Assembly (NCBI RefSeq): GCF_964188315.1
Contig: NC_135661.1
Location: forward strand, 4,650,001-4,714,000
DNA length: 64,000 nucleotides
From: Podarcis muralis
Taxonomy: Eukaryota
Reading direction: 5' to 3'
Shown here: positions 61,109-64,000 of the stretch, piece by piece
Layout of the letters: each line of letters opens with the position of its first letter
Position numbering within the stretch: the stretch's first letter is position 1
The notes under the pieces: model-generated
The model's input: the letters and a program-made list of their open reading frames with translations, nothing else
What the model was told of the DNA's origin: nothing
Database searches by the model: none
Position numbers and translations under genes: made by a program

Positions 61109-61395
61109 CCTTTATTGTCCCTACACCACCTGTGTGCACTGAAATTAAACGAGCCCCCCCCCCACATACATTCAATCTTGTTTGCGCTCTGTGTGCTTGT
61201 CAGAAGTCAATTACACCACTATTTTTTTCCATTCAGCAGCCCAACAGCCCACGGATAAAAACTGTTCTTTAACCTGTTGGTGCGGCTGACTATACTTCTG
61301 TATCTCCTGCCTGAAGGTAGGAGATTAAAGAAGTGCTGGCCAGGGTATCCCTAAGAATTTTCCTCACTCTCCTGAGGCAGCGGTCTCCCAATAGC
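61065..61395 (-). mobile_element. Rex1/Babar-like LINE 3' end with microsatellite tail
   Basis: ctgttctttaacctgttggtgcg...cttctgtatctcctgcctgaaggtag resembles reversed Rex1 3' ends, and an AAT-type tract marks the tail. Confidence 0.55.
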
Positions 61396-61477
61396 TGAAC
61401 CAATAGCTACATTCCTAAGCACTTGCCCAGGTAAAAGGTCTACTGAACACTTAAAGACTTACTTCTGAATAAAAATA

Positions 61478-61672
61478 CAGTGGTACCTCGGATTAAGTAC
61501 TTAATTCGTTCCGGAGATCCGTTCTTAACCTGAAACTGTTCTTAACCTGAAGCACTTTAGCTAATGGGGCCTCCTGCTGCCGCCACACGATTTCTGTTCT
61601 CATTCTGAAGCAAAGTTCTTAACCTGAGGTAATATTTCTGGGTTAGCGGGTCTGTAACCTGAAGTACCACTG
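61478..61672. mobile_element. Tc1/mariner-type MITE, copy 3
   Basis: TA-flanked TIRs, co-linear with the 3144 and 35821 copies apart from internal deletions. Confidence 0.87.
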
Positions 61673-63299
61673 TACATAGGATTACACTATAAAATATCCA
61701 GGTTTTTATTACGTTTCTGAGGACCACACAAGTGCCAAGAGGGTGTAGAGTTGCATTCATGAACTTCAGTCACCTAGAAAATATTTGGCAACTTATACAT
61801 TGAATTAAATAAGGTAAGGAAAGTGAATAATTTAGACTACTTGGTTTTGACCCTATATTTTAAGGAATGTTAATAATCTGGACATTTTATAATGTAAAAC
61901 TCTAGTGCCAACAAGAGAAGATATGGCCTACACAAAAGTTAACTTAATAATGTTCATGCCAGACCCAGATAGTAATCAAAGGAGAAAAGCTGTGACAGGA
62001 CCAAGTGAAGCTTTACATACAATGAATCAGAGTCTATGTCAAATACACTGCCAGTGATGTACTTCAAAACCACAAGGTATAACAGTCAACCTGATCCTAC
62101 AAATATGCTTTAGCTGCCGCACTGTAAATAGGGTTTCCCCTCAATATTAGCTAATGAAGGGTGTCACTGACCACCAACAGGCTTTACAGGGCTATCACAA
62201 GCTCTGTAAGGAAGAAATGGATGAGAACCATATATTTTCTCCACCTTTGGCAGCTCATCTGTGCTGGTACCACAGCAGGAGCAATGATGGGTGTGGACTT
62301 GGTTTTGGGACCCTAGCACTCAAGTTACGTACTGATAAGCCAATTAAGAGACTCCAATAGATAATCTAACTGAACACACATATATATTTTTAGCAAAAGA
62401 AATTATTTTTATCTACTTTATCGAAGAAGGAAAAGTGGTACAGATGCCAAATGATAATACCAGAGATATTTTATCGTATTTATGCACACTTTTTTACTAA
62501 AATAAGTTCCAAAATTTAGGGCGTGCATAAGATTTGATGGCACATTTACATTCACCAGCAAATACTTTTCTGGTTTCAAGGTTTTGAAAATTGATTCGAT
62601 GGCACATTAGATTCATGTAAATACAGTACCTTTTAACTACATGGCCGTAACTAGACTGTGTTCACTTAAATGCTACTGAAACTTATGAACATGTGATTTA
62701 AGACTATTTCATTCAATAATCATTTCAGATTACCTCCGTGTCAGGTCGAACAACCCTACACCAAAACAACCACTTGTTTCAATGGGGCATATTCACAACC
62801 TGAGGCAAATAGCTATTCAAAAGCTGTTGACACAGCACTGAGATGCTCACATATTGCATAAACCAGGGCATTAAGAACTTGTTGCCCTCCAGATGTTGTT
62901 GGACTCCAATTCCCATCTCCCTGATCCTTGGTCATATTGACTGAGACTGATGGGAGCCGACAGACGCAGGCTCCTCATTCCTGACAATCGCTTGTTTGCA
63001 ACCCTCAGATATGGGTAGGTGTTGCATATAAACACCTGCATATATTGAGAACCTTGCCAACTGTTTGGGCATTTTAACTGCAGTTAATGTCTTGCTGCTC
63101 CCTTGTCTCCATACATTATTTTTTTAAAAAATAAGCTGTATATTTTATATCCATATTTCCCAAGACTTCTCAAAACTAAATTTGAATTTTCTGTTGAGTC
63201 AAAATGCATCTTGTACAAGCAAAGCTATGTGTTAGGGGATGTGTAAGTTAAGGGATATCTTAACATCTTAAGGCAGCCCTGTTCAGGGAAGTTTTTAAT

Positions 63300-63410
63300 A
63301 TGTAACGCTGTACTGTTTTTAACACTGATTGGGAGCCGCCCAGAGTGGCTGGGGAAACTCAGCCAGATGGGCGGGATATAAATAATAAATTATTATTATT
63401 ATTATTATTA
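63300..63410 (+). mobile_element. L2 LINE 3' tail
   Basis: gggagccgcccagagtggctggggaaactcagccagatgggcggg followed by (ATT)n. Confidence 0.7.
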
Positions 63411-64000
63411 ACAGGCTTACCTGGAACTAAATTATCACCAGATTAAACCTTATTAAGTTGCTAGTTTTTAAAATCCTGGTGTTGGTTTCACTTCTCAATG
63501 TTTTACTATTTTTATAGTGTGTGTATTGAACTGTTTAATTTATTTTTAAGCTGTATTAAACATGTTTAATCAAAAGGCAGAGTACAAAATGTTTTAAATA
63601 TATCTTACAGCTTGCTGAAAGACTGACTTTACTATTAGTTTATAGCTTTTTAAAGAAAAATGAAAGCCAATTATGCAATAAAAGTCAGGCTCAATGGGTT
63701 ATAAAACCAAAATTGGTAATTTTGCCAATTATCAGCCCTGTCACATTATATTCAGCAGTTGAATTAACCATTTACCCAGTCACATCAGCTGCACCAAAAA
63801 AGATGAGCCCTGTATTCTATGGTAAGCTTATGATGAAGTAGAAAGATAAGATCTTAGATCAGACTGTCAGTACTAGGCCTGTTTAGTCCAAACTGCCCCA
63901 AGTTCAATGCTCCCTATGAGCTATGCTTAAGATTATATTTATATTATGGGACAAAAACAGTCAACAGTTAGAATCGTACCTGAGATTCCTCTAAGGACAC

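Overview
Vertebrate genomic DNA. The repeat content (Sauria-type SINE, BovB, CR1, L2, lizard-type MITEs) points to a squamate, probably a lacertid lizard (inference). I rebuilt four protein-coding genes exon by exon from GT-AG signals and recalled homology. (1) A GNS-like N-acetylglucosamine-6-sulfatase paralogue on the - strand: exons 1-8 at 13123->524, running off the left edge. (2) POLM (DNA polymerase mu) on the + strand: 11 exons, 15131-27479, 513 aa, head-to-head with the sulfatase. (3) An HS3ST1-like heparan sulfate 3-O-sulfotransferase on the + strand: single coding exon 49418-50326. (4) H2AZ2/H2AFV on the - strand: exons 2-5 at 59889->53350, with exon 1 beyond the right edge. Main mobile elements are a 5'-truncated CR1 with an intact 973-codon ORF2 in sulfatase intron 4, and a full-length TSD-flanked but disrupted BovB (31003-34225). 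There are also L1, L2, Rex1 and RTE-X-like fragments, many SINEs and MITEs, and a 200-N gap. Most interesting unexplained structure: a complete minimal hammerhead ribozyme motif inside a 79-bp Penelope-type inverted repeat between the convergent HS3ST1-like and H2AZ2 3' ends; an HDV/CPEB3-like ribozyme core starting exactly at the BovB 5' boundary; a Pol mu with TdT-like specificity motifs; two heparan-sulfate enzyme paralogues flanking POLM; a 91-bp inverted repeat in sulfatase intron 1; and a candidate divergent spliced leader from the sulfatase CpG island. No computations or searches were run. Comparisons with human, mouse or fish proteins are from memory.
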